A stretch of DNA of 64,000 bases from Candidatus Woesearchaeota archaeon (GCA_023898345.1 CP060218.1:120753-184752), one strand, 5' to 3'. Shown: positions 1-9,382, counted from the first letter of the stretch. Notes: generated by a model not told the origin, from the letters alone. Numbers and translations: made by a program.

Positions 1-1603
1 GACTTGTTCCACTGTTCGAGCATGAGCGCGATGGTTCCGCTGACGTGTGGCGCTGACATGGACGTTCCACACATAGTGTCATAAGCAAAATCGTAATCAT
101 CAACTCCATCTGAAACTTCTTGAGAATAATCTAAATTATTATAAATATCAATAAATCTATCTGTAATCGTTGAAGTTATTCCTTGACCTAATAAACCATT
201 CCCTCTACAACCTGGGGCAACTATTTCAGGTTTTATTCTTCCGTCGTCTGTTGGTCCCATACTACTGAAAATCGCACTTGAATTATCATCAGAATTAGTA
301 GCTCCAACTGAGACAATGTTTTTTGCAGATGCTTTAGGCAAGACAGTAGAGTAATTTATTAAAAATTCCAACCTTTCATTTCCAACAGCCCAGACAATAG
401 GAATTTTTTTACTTAAATATCCTATCACAATACTATCTAGTAATTCAGAAGTTAAAGTATAGTCACCATAATAAGATGAATTTGAAATAATGGCGCCCCA
501 AGAATTTGAAGCAACTCTTGCATTATAGGTATTAATTCCCTCATAATAATCTTCTTCAATATCTCCTGATTGATTGTAACCCGCAGGGTCATCTAATTCG
601 TATGAAACTAAACTAGCTTTAATTGCGATCCCTTTATAATTACTATTATTACTCCCATTTCCAATTAATATTCCTGCAACATGAGTTGCATGGTCCCCAA
701 CAAAATCAATTAGCTCTGGATGTTCATATCTTCCTATTAAGTCTATATGTTCATCGTAAAATGCAACATCATCTTCAGGGATTTCTAATTCAAATTGTAA
801 TCAACATTAATGACTTTTCTTGAATTTGCTAATTTATCCTCTGCAGGAGAACTTATGGTTTCAATTCTTTTAACCTCATCAATGTTTGATAAATCATCAA
901 TTTTATTTTCTGGAATTGAAATTGTTAAAGAGTTTATACTTTTAATTTTATTCAAAGACTCTCCCCCCATATTTTCAACTAAAGTTTCAGCTTTTTCAAA
1001 ACTAACTCCCATATGAAATTGAACCATTAGATAAACATTACCTTTGTCATCTTTTGCCCAATCTCCAATTTTATCTTCTCTAATATACTTAGATTGTTTA
1101 AATTCAGGTTTGACTTCATCAATACTTCTAACTAAATACTCGTCATTAAAGTTATTAGAATTTAGTTTCACATCTCCATCATCGTTAGTTGTGAAAATAT
1201 TATCTAAATCTTGACTGATTGAAACATACCAAGTGTCTGATGATATGTAACTTAACAATTCGATCCCTTCGTTTTTTAATTCTTTAATTTCTTCCTTAGA
1301 AGGATTTTTATTGAATTGTAAAATAGAGTATATTTTTTCATTGCTATCTAACTTCTTTGTCTTAGTTTTAATCTTAGAATTTATTTCTGAATTTGGTTTG
1401 TACTTTATATCTACAAACTTTACTTCTTTTGACTCTTTATTTTTATATGGAGAAACATCTATAGTTATGTTTTCTGAATTGTTAATAACTTCTACATTAT
1501 AGTTAACAGTTGTATTTGTTTCATTTAATGAGTTATTAAATGCAAATATACTTCCTATACAGGTTAAGAAAATTAAGAATAGAATTTCACTTATATTCTC
1601 CAT
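1..1603 (-). pseudogene. S8 subtilisin-like serine protease, paralog 1 (apparently frameshifted; 3' end runs off the window start)
   Basis: ORF 785..1603 gives a signal peptide plus propeptide-like N-terminus (YSILQFNKNPSKEEIKELKNEGIELL). My own translation of the minus strand from ~797 to 1 in another frame stays open. It reads LEIPEDDVAFYDEHIDL...GDHATHVAGILIGNGS...SNSWGA...GRIKPEIVAPGC...CGTSMSAPHVSGTIALMLEQWNK (subtilase Asp/His/Asn/Ser boxes). The frame change lies near 785-797. Confidence 0.6.
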
Positions 1604-1804
1604 TTACTTTTTTTGAATTAGAACTGAGAGTTAAAAATTTATAATTCAATTAGAGTAATAAATCTATTTTAGTAGGTTTTTTCCATAAATTCAAACTCAA
1701 GTTTAAGAGTTAATTAAAATCTTGGTAATGTAAGAAAATTGGTTAAAATATAAATTTGGTCTCCGAGATAAGTATAGAAAAATGTTATCTTAAAATATTT
1801 CAAA

Positions 1805-2134
1805 ATGAATTTATGGACAGAGCCAGGTAAACAAAATGTTTATATATATAATACTTGTAAATCTAGTATGAATCTTAAATTAAATCTAAAACCAAACAAA
1901 AAAAAGATACTTTATTCCTTATTGGGTTTAATTCTTCTTAGTCTTTTTTCTTATATGATAATAACTTATCTAAACAATCATTTCTTTAATCTTGGAGTTT
2001 GTACTGCTTCATATCCTGCTCGGTGTTCAAATAGTCCACTAAGTTTTTCGGGAGGATTAATAATTTCAATATTAATAACTATTGTTTATTACTTAACCCA
2101 ATCTTACTTTGATTATAAAAAATTAAATAATTGA
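1805..2134 (+). CDS. hypothetical small membrane protein
   Basis: ORF-track ORF with two hydrophobic segments; more likely starts at the internal MNLKLNLKPNKKK (1868). No recognisable domain. Confidence 0.3.
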   Translation: MNLWTEPGKQNVYIYNTCKSSMNLKLNLKPNKKKILYSLLGLILLSLFSYMIITYLNNHFFNLGVCTASYPARCSNSPLSFSGGLIISILITIVYYLTQSYFDYKKLNN

Positions 2135-2730
2135 CATCCTCCTCAGTCTAAAGACTCAGACTTTGCCTGATCCCGTCTTTTAGACGGGGCGAGGATTCCA
2201 CGTTAGCTACCTAAACTTATGTTCTTCCACATACTTTTTTGCTTTCTCCAAGGTGATATGTCCAACACTTCCTGAGAATTTTCCTGGACTCCACAAATGT
2301 CCCCTAGGATAAACTATCCGTAAATGGGGCATAAGAATAAACAAACATTTTGAAGTGTAACCTTTCAACTTACTAAGAGCCAAAATAGGGTCCATCTTAA
2401 GTGGGATGGACAAGATGAGATGAATGTGATCCAAATCAACTTCACTGTCAATGTGTTTGAAACCATATCTTTTACATTCTTCCTTTAGAAGAATCCTACA
2501 AAAATTCTTATATTTTTCAGAGATAAAAATTTTGTAGCGGTACTTTGTACACCACTTGACATGGTGTTCGTTCCACCCTACACAACGGCCGTTGCTATAG
2601 TCTTTGTAGTTTCTCATTTTCAAATGTCTCAAAAGAGACAGTCAAAGACTACATAACCACAAAAGAAACTTTTCAGAAAAAGTCGCCATTCATCCTCGGC
2701 CTAAAAGCACGAGGATTTCTGGCTAGCTAA
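2135..2730 (-). mobile_element. IS200/IS605-family insertion sequence (tnpA only), copy type 1
   Basis: About 600 bp unit containing a Y1 transposase gene, flanked by structured ends. Left: catCCTC...cccgtcttttagacgggg (2172-2189)...GAGGatt. Right hairpin: atCCTCGgcctaaaagcaCGAGGat (2692-2716). Both ends share cagtc(t)aaagact and gaggatt.c..g.tagcta. Exact ends not determined. Confidence 0.7.
2207..2617 (-). CDS. tnpA: IS200/IS605-family Y1 (HUH) transposase TnpA
   Basis: HVKWCTKYRYKIF, HUH box DHIHLILS, LKGYTS, LWSPGKFSGSVG...Y are typical TnpA_IS200 motifs. The track ORF starts at a TTG (2632); the first ATG is at 2617. Confidence 0.85.
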   Translation of the reverse strand: MRNYKDYSNGRCVGWNEHHVKWCTKYRYKIFISEKYKNFCRILLKEECKRYGFKHIDSEVDLDHIHLILSIPLKMDPILALSKLKGYTSKCLFILMPHLRIVYPRGHLWSPGKFSGSVGHITLEKAKKYVEEHKFR

Positions 2731-2803
2731 TTTAAGGAAATATTATCAGATGCAAAAGTCTGGATTATGCTAAAAAGAATTACAGACAAGAATATTATTG
2801 CTT

Positions 2804-3097
2804 TCATTTTTCACCCACGCAGGAATTATTTATTGAACACTTATTATTGATACAATTTGAAACTCCACAAGTAACGATTTTGCAAATTCCTTTTTGTTCA
2901 TAATTTGTTTGGTAAACATTGATTGGTTCACAAGTAGCAAATTGGAAACAATCACTATCTTGCTCACAATACTGTTTATCCATCATATATTTCGGATGTG
3001 TAATCCAAGCTGGATGTAGAATTACATATACTACCAATATCATAAGCAAAATACTTCCAACTATGATGCCGATTTTTTTTGAATTTATCTTAACCAT
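2804..3097 (-). CDS. Cys-rich membrane-anchored mini-protein (paralog of 7361..7681)
   Basis: N-terminal TM helix (IGIIVGSILLMILVVYVIL) followed by an ~60 aa domain with 8 Cys (YCEQDSDC...TCEP...CKIVTCGVSNCINNKCSINNSC). Start set at the conserved MVKIN (3097), which has a catataaag TATA-like box ~35 nt upstream. The track ORF extends to 3157. Confidence 0.5.
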   Translation of the reverse strand: MVKINSKKIGIIVGSILLMILVVYVILHPAWITHPKYMMDKQYCEQDSDCFQFATCEPINVYQTNYEQKGICKIVTCGVSNCINNKCSINNSCVGEK

Positions 3098-3745
3098 TTT
3101 TTTGAATATTTTTTTTGAAATTTTTTTCTTTATATGATTTGTGTTGAAAATTTGCAACTTGATTTTTTTTTCAAAACGGAGTTTTTTCTGTATGAAAAAA
3201 TCCTAAAAACCGCTCCCATTCACGTACACTTGCTCGACGTTGTTGAGGTGATCGCTTTCGTTACGCCAAGCTTCTCGTGCTGGTGTGTTCGGGTCGAGTG
3301 TCCAGGGATAAAACGTTTGTCCGGAGGGTGAGAGGAGTTTGAGATCAAGGTCGTTGATGAGGTTGGCTCCGGGAACGTCGTCCCAAGCTAGCGTTACTTT
3401 GAGTGAGCTTTGTGCGCTGATGTTGATTGCGTACACGTCCACGTCAGAGATGTCTGAAATGTTTGCCTCTAGGAATGTTCCGTTGATGATTCTGTCCACA
3501 GCTCCTTTGGCGTTGAGCAGTCCGTACCCGTTCACGTAGTCGGGGCCGTCTATTACTTGGTCACCATTTCCGGTTCTATTTAGGTCTGTCGTCGAGTCTA
3601 GCAAAAGGGCTTTGATTGTCGATGGGAGCGGATCTTCGTCGTAGCCAGACTTGTTCCACTGTTCGAGCATGAGCGCAATGGTTCCACTGACGTGTGGCGC
3701 GGCGAATGAGGTTCCGCAATTAAAACCATATGTATCATTGAGAAT
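3090..3745 (-). repeat. Shared GC-rich subtilase 3' module + downstream promoter segment (copy A)
   Basis: Near-identical at nucleotide level to 7675-8255, except one 48-nt deletion in that copy. Partly identical to 5455-5850 (3480-3622 equals 5603-5745, 143 nt with no mismatch) and to 1-78. Confidence 0.85.
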
Positions 3746-5175
3746 TGTAGAAATCATTCCAATGGAATTATTGTAACAACCAGGTGCGCTACCATTTCAG
3801 GTTTGATTAAACCCCCATTTGTAGGTCCACGACTACTATCGTTAACTATAGACAAATCCTTTTTGTTTACATTCCCGACACTAATAGTATTTTTTCCTGA
3901 TGCCTCGGGTGCAATTGTGTCATAACCATTAGTTGAACAATAGGACAAACCTGCATCATTACCTGCTGCGAATATAATTGGAATTGAAGTATTGTTATCA
4001 AAAACGATCTCATCAAATAATTCTGTCCGGGATGAGTAGTCTCCTAACTTGTAGCATAGTAAGAAGTTATTAACCAAAGATCTCCAAGAGTTTGATGCAA
4101 GAGAAACACCATTATTAATTGCACTTTTATAATTATTCGAAATGTCTACATTCAGGAAAACAAAATTGTACTCGTATGAAATCACCTCGGAGTTGGGTGC
4201 AACTCCGGAATAGTTTTCTGTAACGCTTCCATTTCCGATAATAATTCCAGTTACGAAAGTTGGATGGTTTGAGAATGAAGAGAATGAATTGTTGACAGAG
4301 AATCTATCTCTAAAATGATAAAAAGGACTTGTCTCTTCATAAACCAATACCTTAATACCATCATCTTTTAGTTCATAGGGCGAGCTAATTAATGAGGATG
4401 CTCTAATTATGTCTTTACTGTTATCAAGTGATTTAGTAATATTAACACTAGTTTCTTCTATTTTTTTAATTTGATCTATACTTGCTAAATCTGAAAGGAC
4501 TTTTACTGGAAATTCAGTTAATAAACCATTAGTCTCATAAAATGAACCTACTACCGCCCTTCCATTTTCTCTAACTAATTTTTTTGCTTCCATTATTTCA
4601 ATATCATCTTGAAAGGGTATATTTGCCTTTATTATTTGATTGGTATTTGACTTGTTGTTGTCTATGTAGGTTCTTTTGAGATGATTAGTTAGTTTAAAAT
4701 TATTTTTAACTACGTTTTTTATCAAATATTGATTATCAATATTTTCAGATCTTAATTTTAAGTATCCATCGACAACTTCAAAGATCTCATTAAATTCTCT
4801 TGAAAATTTTGCGTAGTAGGTATTACTTCCCAGAAATTCAATAATCTCTAAACCTTCAATTTTCAGGCTTTCAATTTCAGAGGATGATGGGTTTTTGTTA
4901 AATCTTACTATGGCATAATCTGAAGGTGAAATATTATTGAACTTTTTTGAAGTAAACTTCTCAAATTTAACTTCATTGCCAGTTACTTTGATATCCTTTA
5001 AATTGTTATTTTGATAAAAACTACTATTTTCTTGAACCTTTTTTTCAGATGTGTTATTAATTTCAAATCTGCTGACATTCTCTAAATTCGATTCATTTGA
5101 CAAAGAAGTGTTAAATGCAAAAACTATATTTATAGCCATGAAAAGCAAAACTAAAAATTGATATTGTCTATTCAT
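3203..5175 (-). pseudogene. S8 subtilisin-like serine protease, paralog 2 (frameshifted near 3781-3790)
   Basis: ORF 3754..5175 ends ...GGLIKPEMVAHLVVTIIPLE*. Shifting frame at gtagcgCAcctggttgt restores ...VAPGCYNNSIGMISTILNDTYGFNCGTSFAAPHVSG, which is ORF 3203..3757. The His box is degenerate (NHPTFVTG instead of HxTHVAG). Confidence 0.65.
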
Positions 5176-5286
5176 AGACTTTCTTTAACGCTTGACTTCT
5201 AAACACTTTATTTGTCTCAATAAAATGATTTCATCCTAAATTAAGAAAATAAAAATTTAAAATTAAATATCAACATATTTTTCAGT

Positions 5287-5415
5287 ATGGAGATAAAAAA
5301 TTTATTTCATAAATGGTGGTTCTGGTTAATAATTATTACGATTTTGATTGTGATTTTCTGGATATATTTTTCTACAAGGATTACTTCAGGTCCTGAACCC
5401 ATTCCTTTTTACTAG
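5287..5415 (+). CDS. possible 42-aa single-TM micro-protein
   Basis: Own translation: MEIKNLFHKWWFWLIIITILIVIFWIYFSTRITSGPEPIPFY*. It lies in the spacer between two subtilase genes and is below the ORF-track length cut-off. No other support. Confidence 0.2.
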   Translation: MEIKNLFHKWWFWLIIITILIVIFWIYFSTRITSGPEPIPFY

Positions 5416-5448
5416 AGACAACTAAAATTGTATCAGGGGAAAAGTACT

Positions 5449-7368
5449 TTATTGCAGACCAGGGTCATAGACTTGTTCCATCTCCGATGAACTCAGAGAT
5501 CTGTCCCAAGCAAGAGTGACTTTGAGGTGGCTTTCGTTTGTGATGTTGATTGCGTACACGTCAGTGTCTTCTATGTCGGTGATGTTCGCTTCGAGAAAGA
5601 GGCCGTTGATGATTCTGTCCACAGCTCCTTTGGCGTTGAGCAGTCCGTACCCGTTCACGTAGTCGGGGCCGTCTATTACTTGGTCACCATTTCCGGTTCT
5701 ATTTAGGTCTGTCGTCGAGTCTAGCAAAAGGGCTTTGATTGTCGAGGGGAGCGGGTCTTCGTCGTGGCCGGACTTGTTCCACTGTTCGAGCATGAGCGCG
5801 ATGGTTCCACTGACGTGTGGCGCTGCCATGGAGGTTCCACACTTGAATGCATAAGAATTGTTTGCGCTCGTTGCATTTGCACACCCTGAGGCTACTAATT
5901 CAGGTTTTATTCTTCCATCATCTACTGGGCCAAAACTGCTTGTTGGGAAAATACTTTTATCAAAATCAAGTGAACCAACAGCTAGAATATTCTTTGCAGC
6001 TTTTGGAGTATTGATAGTGTGGTAGGGATAAGCTAAATTATAAATTCCACAAGGATTATTGCTATATTCCTCGCGTTCATTCCCTGCTGAAAACACAATG
6101 GGGACGGAACCATAAGAGAAATTTTCACCTGAAACTACTTCGTCTAAAAAGGAGGCTACTAACTCATAGTCTCCGTACCTTCGACATAAGCTCTCGTTAT
6201 CGCTTGAACTGTCCAACTTGTCTTTTATAAGAAATCCCCAAGAATTACTAATGAGCTTAGATGCTTTTGTATCAATCCCAACTACATAATCTAAAACAAT
6301 GTCGGCAGTTAAATTGTACGTACTATTCTCTAATACATCTGCCCAAATAGTTGCTTCTGGAGCAACTCCAATTTGTGAGCTTAAGGAACCATTTCCAACT
6401 AATATTCCAGCAACATGGGTTGCGTGGTCTGTAATGTAACTGGTGTTGCTTACTGTCCAAGAAACTCGGCCACCTAAATCAGGATGATTTTTATCGGGAA
6501 TTCCGGTCTCATACTGAAAAATTTTTATTCCATTCCCATTTAGGTTATAGGGAGAAGTTTGCAAAGGTAAAATCATAGATAGATTTTTTGATGTAATTAA
6601 ATTTTCACTCTGTGGGAAAGGATAATTCTCTTGAACGAATGCAATTCCCGAGATTTCTAGAAGTTGAGAGATATTTTCTAAAGGGATTGAAAGAATTAAC
6701 CAGTTAACAATATCAACTTGAGAATAAATGGAACTGCCAAGAGTTTCGAGTTCTGATATCAAAGATTGTTTTACATCTGAGTAGTATTTTACAATGAGAA
6801 TAACATTACCATTTTTATCTAGATTGTAAGCTTCAAAAGTTCTTTCCAAAACATTTTTTGTTGTCTTCAAGTCTTTATTAATTTCAGAGACTGCGCGTAC
6901 TTTTGTAGTTTTGAGAACGTCGTTGAGAAGAGGATTATACTCTAAATTACTATAGTTTGTTGTGCTTGATTCTAAAAACAAAGAGGATGAGGATGGCAAA
7001 AGAGAAACGATGTAAGCATTCCCCCCAACATATTCGAGAGGTCTTATCCCCCGAGATTCTAATACATTGAGTTCTTCCTTTTCAAGTGGACTATAGAACT
7101 GAAGTAAAAAATATTCAGTAGATGAAAGATGTTTTAATTTAGATTCTACTTTAGAACTTAGACCTTCTTCTAGAACAGTATTTAATCTAAGGGTCAAATT
7201 TTTTGAACCTAAATCCTTTGGGAAAAAAAGAGAGCGAGAAAGAGTTTCGGAATTATTTAGATTTTGATTTTCCTCAGTAAGAACTGAAGTATTTAGAGCA
7301 GTCACGCTTGTTACACTGAACAGAAAAACAAAGAAAGAGGGAAAAAATAAGGCGTTTTTTCTATTCAT
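5449..7368 (-). CDS. S8 subtilisin-like serine protease, paralog 3 (only uninterrupted copy; C-terminal domain shortened)
   Basis: Signal peptide MNRKNALFFPSFFVFLFSVTSVTA. Motifs DHATHVAGILVGNGS, SNSWGF, GRIKPELVASGC, CGTSMAAPHVSG. After ...VTLAWD it lacks the ~45 codons present in copies at 3203 and 7788 and ends RSLSSSEMEQVYDPGLQ. Start set at 7368 (the ATG overlaps the upstream gene stop as ATGAATAG). Confidence 0.8.
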   Translation of the reverse strand: MNRKNALFFPSFFVFLFSVTSVTALNTSVLTEENQNLNNSETLSRSLFFPKDLGSKNLTLRLNTVLEEGLSSKVESKLKHLSSTEYFLLQFYSPLEKEELNVLESRGIRPLEYVGGNAYIVSLLPSSSSLFLESSTTNYSNLEYNPLLNDVLKTTKVRAVSEINKDLKTTKNVLERTFEAYNLDKNGNVILIVKYYSDVKQSLISELETLGSSIYSQVDIVNWLILSIPLENISQLLEISGIAFVQENYPFPQSENLITSKNLSMILPLQTSPYNLNGNGIKIFQYETGIPDKNHPDLGGRVSWTVSNTSYITDHATHVAGILVGNGSLSSQIGVAPEATIWADVLENSTYNLTADIVLDYVVGIDTKASKLISNSWGFLIKDKLDSSSDNESLCRRYGDYELVASFLDEVVSGENFSYGSVPIVFSAGNEREEYSNNPCGIYNLAYPYHTINTPKAAKNILAVGSLDFDKSIFPTSSFGPVDDGRIKPELVASGCANATSANNSYAFKCGTSMAAPHVSGTIALMLEQWNKSGHDEDPLPSTIKALLLDSTTDLNRTGNGDQVIDGPDYVNGYGLLNAKGAVDRIINGLFLEANITDIEDTDVYAINITNESHLKVTLAWDRSLSSSEMEQVYDPGLQ

Positions 7369-7681
7369 CTGCAGCTTCCCCCCTAGTAAGAAAACAAGTA
7401 TTTGTTTTCTCATTACAAGTAGAATAAAACTCGATACTACATTTACTGAGATTCCTTTTTTCTGGTAAATAATACTTATTTACTACTTTACATTCGTTTG
7501 TTCTTCCACAATCATCCCCTTTTTCGCAGTACAAAGGGTCGTTCAAATACCTCACATCAATGCCCATGTAATACGCTTTGATATTATTCTGATACATAAA
7601 ACCAAGGGCAATGAGGCACAGCACAATAACTATGCTCCCAACAAGAATCTTTTGTTTCTCACCTATGTTTATCCTAACCAT
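7361..7681 (-). CDS. Cys-rich membrane-anchored mini-protein, translationally coupled to subtilase 5449..7368
   Basis: MVRINIGEKQKILVGSIVIVLCLIALGF (TM helix), then YCEKGDDCGRTNECK...KCSIEFYSTCNEKTNTC (6 Cys). It shares the YCE.x.DC pattern and the MV(K/R)IN start with 2804..3097. Its stop overlaps the subtilase ATG by 8 nt. Confidence 0.5.
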   Translation of the reverse strand: MVRINIGEKQKILVGSIVIVLCLIALGFMYQNNIKAYYMGIDVRYLNDPLYCEKGDDCGRTNECKVVNKYYLPEKRNLSKCSIEFYSTCNEKTNTCFLTRGEAADE

Positions 7682-8255
7682 TTTTTTGAATATTCTTTTT
7701 GAAATTTTTTTCTTTATATGATTTGTCTTGAAAATTTTCACCTTTTTTTGTTTTTTCAAAGCGTAGTTTTTTCTGTATGAAATATCTCTACAATTCGCTC
7801 CCATTCACGTACACTTGCTCGACGTTGTTGAGGTGGTCGCTTTCATTACGCCAAGCTTCTCGTGCGGGTGTGTTCGGGTCGAGTGTCCAGGGATAAAATG
7901 TTTGTCCTGTCGGCGAGAGGAGTTTGAGATCAAGGTCGTTGATGAGGTTGGCTCCGGGAACGTCGTACCAAGCTAGCGTTACTTTGAGCGAGCTTTGTGC
8001 GCTGATGTTGATTGCGTACACGTCCACGTTAGAGATGTCTGAAATGTTTGCTTCTAGGAATGTTCCGTTGATGATTCGGTCCACAGCTCCTTTGGCGTTG
8101 AGCAGTCCGTACCCGTTCACGTAGTCGGGGCCGTCGATTACTTGGTCACCATTTCCGGTTCTATTTAGGTCTTCGTCGTAGCCGGACAGGTTCCACTGTT
8201 CGAGCATGAGCGCGATGGTTCCGCTGACGTGTGGCGCTGACATGGACGTGCCACA
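7675..8255 (-). repeat. Shared GC-rich subtilase 3' module + downstream promoter segment (copy C)
   Basis: See 3090-3745. Its 5'-most part (8186-8255) also matches window positions 1-78. Confidence 0.85.
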
Positions 8256-8264
8256 ATAAACCAC
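7788..8264 (-). pseudogene. Subtilase 3' fragment (Ser box to C-terminus only; no Asp/His region)
   Basis: MVYCGTSMSAPHVSGTIALMLEQWN... The homology starts exactly at the Ser box and abuts the unrelated gene at 8272. It carries an in-frame 48-nt deletion (DPLPSTIKALLLDSTT missing) relative to 3203..3757. Confidence 0.65.
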
Positions 8265-8271
8265 TGAATCT

Positions 8272-9213
8272 TTACTTCAAATGTAAATCAATCAGAGAGA
8301 CAACAACATCTTCAAGTTGTCCTAGGAGATCTTTGAAGAGTTGGGTAAGAACAAGATAGAGATTTAGGTTTTCTCCAAATTGGTCTCGACTTGCTTCAAA
8401 TTCTCGAAGGAGTGATTGTTTTTTGTCTTGTGCTAGTTTTAGATTAACATTTAGTTCTATGCCTGTGTGAAGAAGGTTTGTTACAAACTTATAATATTCG
8501 CAAAGTTGTTGTAGAAGAGAATCAAGGATGATGTGTTCTTTATTTGTTTCTTCTTTGAGATAACGTGCAGTTCTTTTGAGAATATCTCCAATATTTTCAA
8601 AGGCGGAAACTATGCGCCAATAGTAAATTTCGTTTTTAATTTCTTCGTGTCTTTCTTGAAGTTCTAGGTTATAATTTATTGCTTTGTAACAGAGAAAAGT
8701 GAGTTTGTTAATGTGTGCGTCGAATTGGGTAACAATTTGATAACGGCTGTTTTTTTCTTCGGGTGAGCGTAGTTTGTCAAAAACTTTTTTCTCCATTTCA
8801 ATAATTTCAAAAAGAAGTGATCTCAAATTTAATTCTCTAAGGTGTGTGAGATCTCTGAGGATAATTTTTTCATTGGATAATTCTACAATTTCAAGAGAGC
8901 TAAGTTTTGACATATATACTTTTATTTCATTAAGTCGTTCTAGGAGGTCTTCTCCTACGATGCTAATTTCTTTGTAATTTTTTAGGTAAAAAGAGATTAA
9001 TTCTCGGTTGAAGATTTTTAGGGATTTTCCGTCAAGTTCGACGACAGCTTTTTTTTCTTCGTGGCGGTCACGAAGGTTTACCATTAGGGAGTCTCCTCGT
9101 TCTGAGAGAAAAACTTGGGAGCCTTTGTCGAGCTTGTGTTTCTTAACCCATTCGTTTGGCAAGGTAACAACGTATGAAGAATTTCCAAATTTGATGATTT
9201 TTCTAGGATCCAT
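8272..9213 (-). CDS. AbrB/SpoVT-type DNA-binding domain + PhoU-like domain protein (phosphate-uptake-regulator-like)
   Basis: N-terminal IIKFGNSSYVVTLPNEWVKKHKL (AbrB/MazE-type swapped-hairpin motif), followed by a helical PhoU-like repeat region. Start set at MDPRK (9213), which has an AT-rich TATA-like stretch ~25 nt upstream. Confidence 0.7.
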   Translation of the reverse strand: MDPRKIIKFGNSSYVVTLPNEWVKKHKLDKGSQVFLSERGDSLMVNLRDRHEEKKAVVELDGKSLKIFNRELISFYLKNYKEISIVGEDLLERLNEIKVYMSKLSSLEIVELSNEKIILRDLTHLRELNLRSLLFEIIEMEKKVFDKLRSPEEKNSRYQIVTQFDAHINKLTFLCYKAINYNLELQERHEEIKNEIYYWRIVSAFENIGDILKRTARYLKEETNKEHIILDSLLQQLCEYYKFVTNLLHTGIELNVNLKLAQDKKQSLLREFEASRDQFGENLNLYLVLTQLFKDLLGQLEDVVVSLIDLHLK

Positions 9214-9382
9214 GAGAAATAATATTACTATATATTTATAATATTTCGTGAAAAAAAGTTTCGCCAAATCCTAAGATTTGCTCTTTGGAACCATTCTTAG
9301 CAGTTTCAGAAATTGCAAATTTCATGTTTTGAAGAAAATCTTCCTCTCTTCTTCACTCTGAATGACATAGATATTTGGCTAT

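Noticed and set aside
3339-3539. 66-aa plus-strand ORF conserved at 7924-8124 (MRSRSLMRLAPGTS...)
   Set aside because: It is conserved only because it lies antisense within the duplicated GC-rich subtilase module. The sense frame has unmistakable S8 motifs. The same reasoning applies to 5699-5884.
3203-8264. Diversity-generating retroelement (template/variable repeats) as an explanation for the repeated 3' ends of the subtilase genes
   Set aside because: No reverse transcriptase gene in the window. The differences between copies are mixed transitions, transversions and indels at all four bases, not adenine-specific substitutions.
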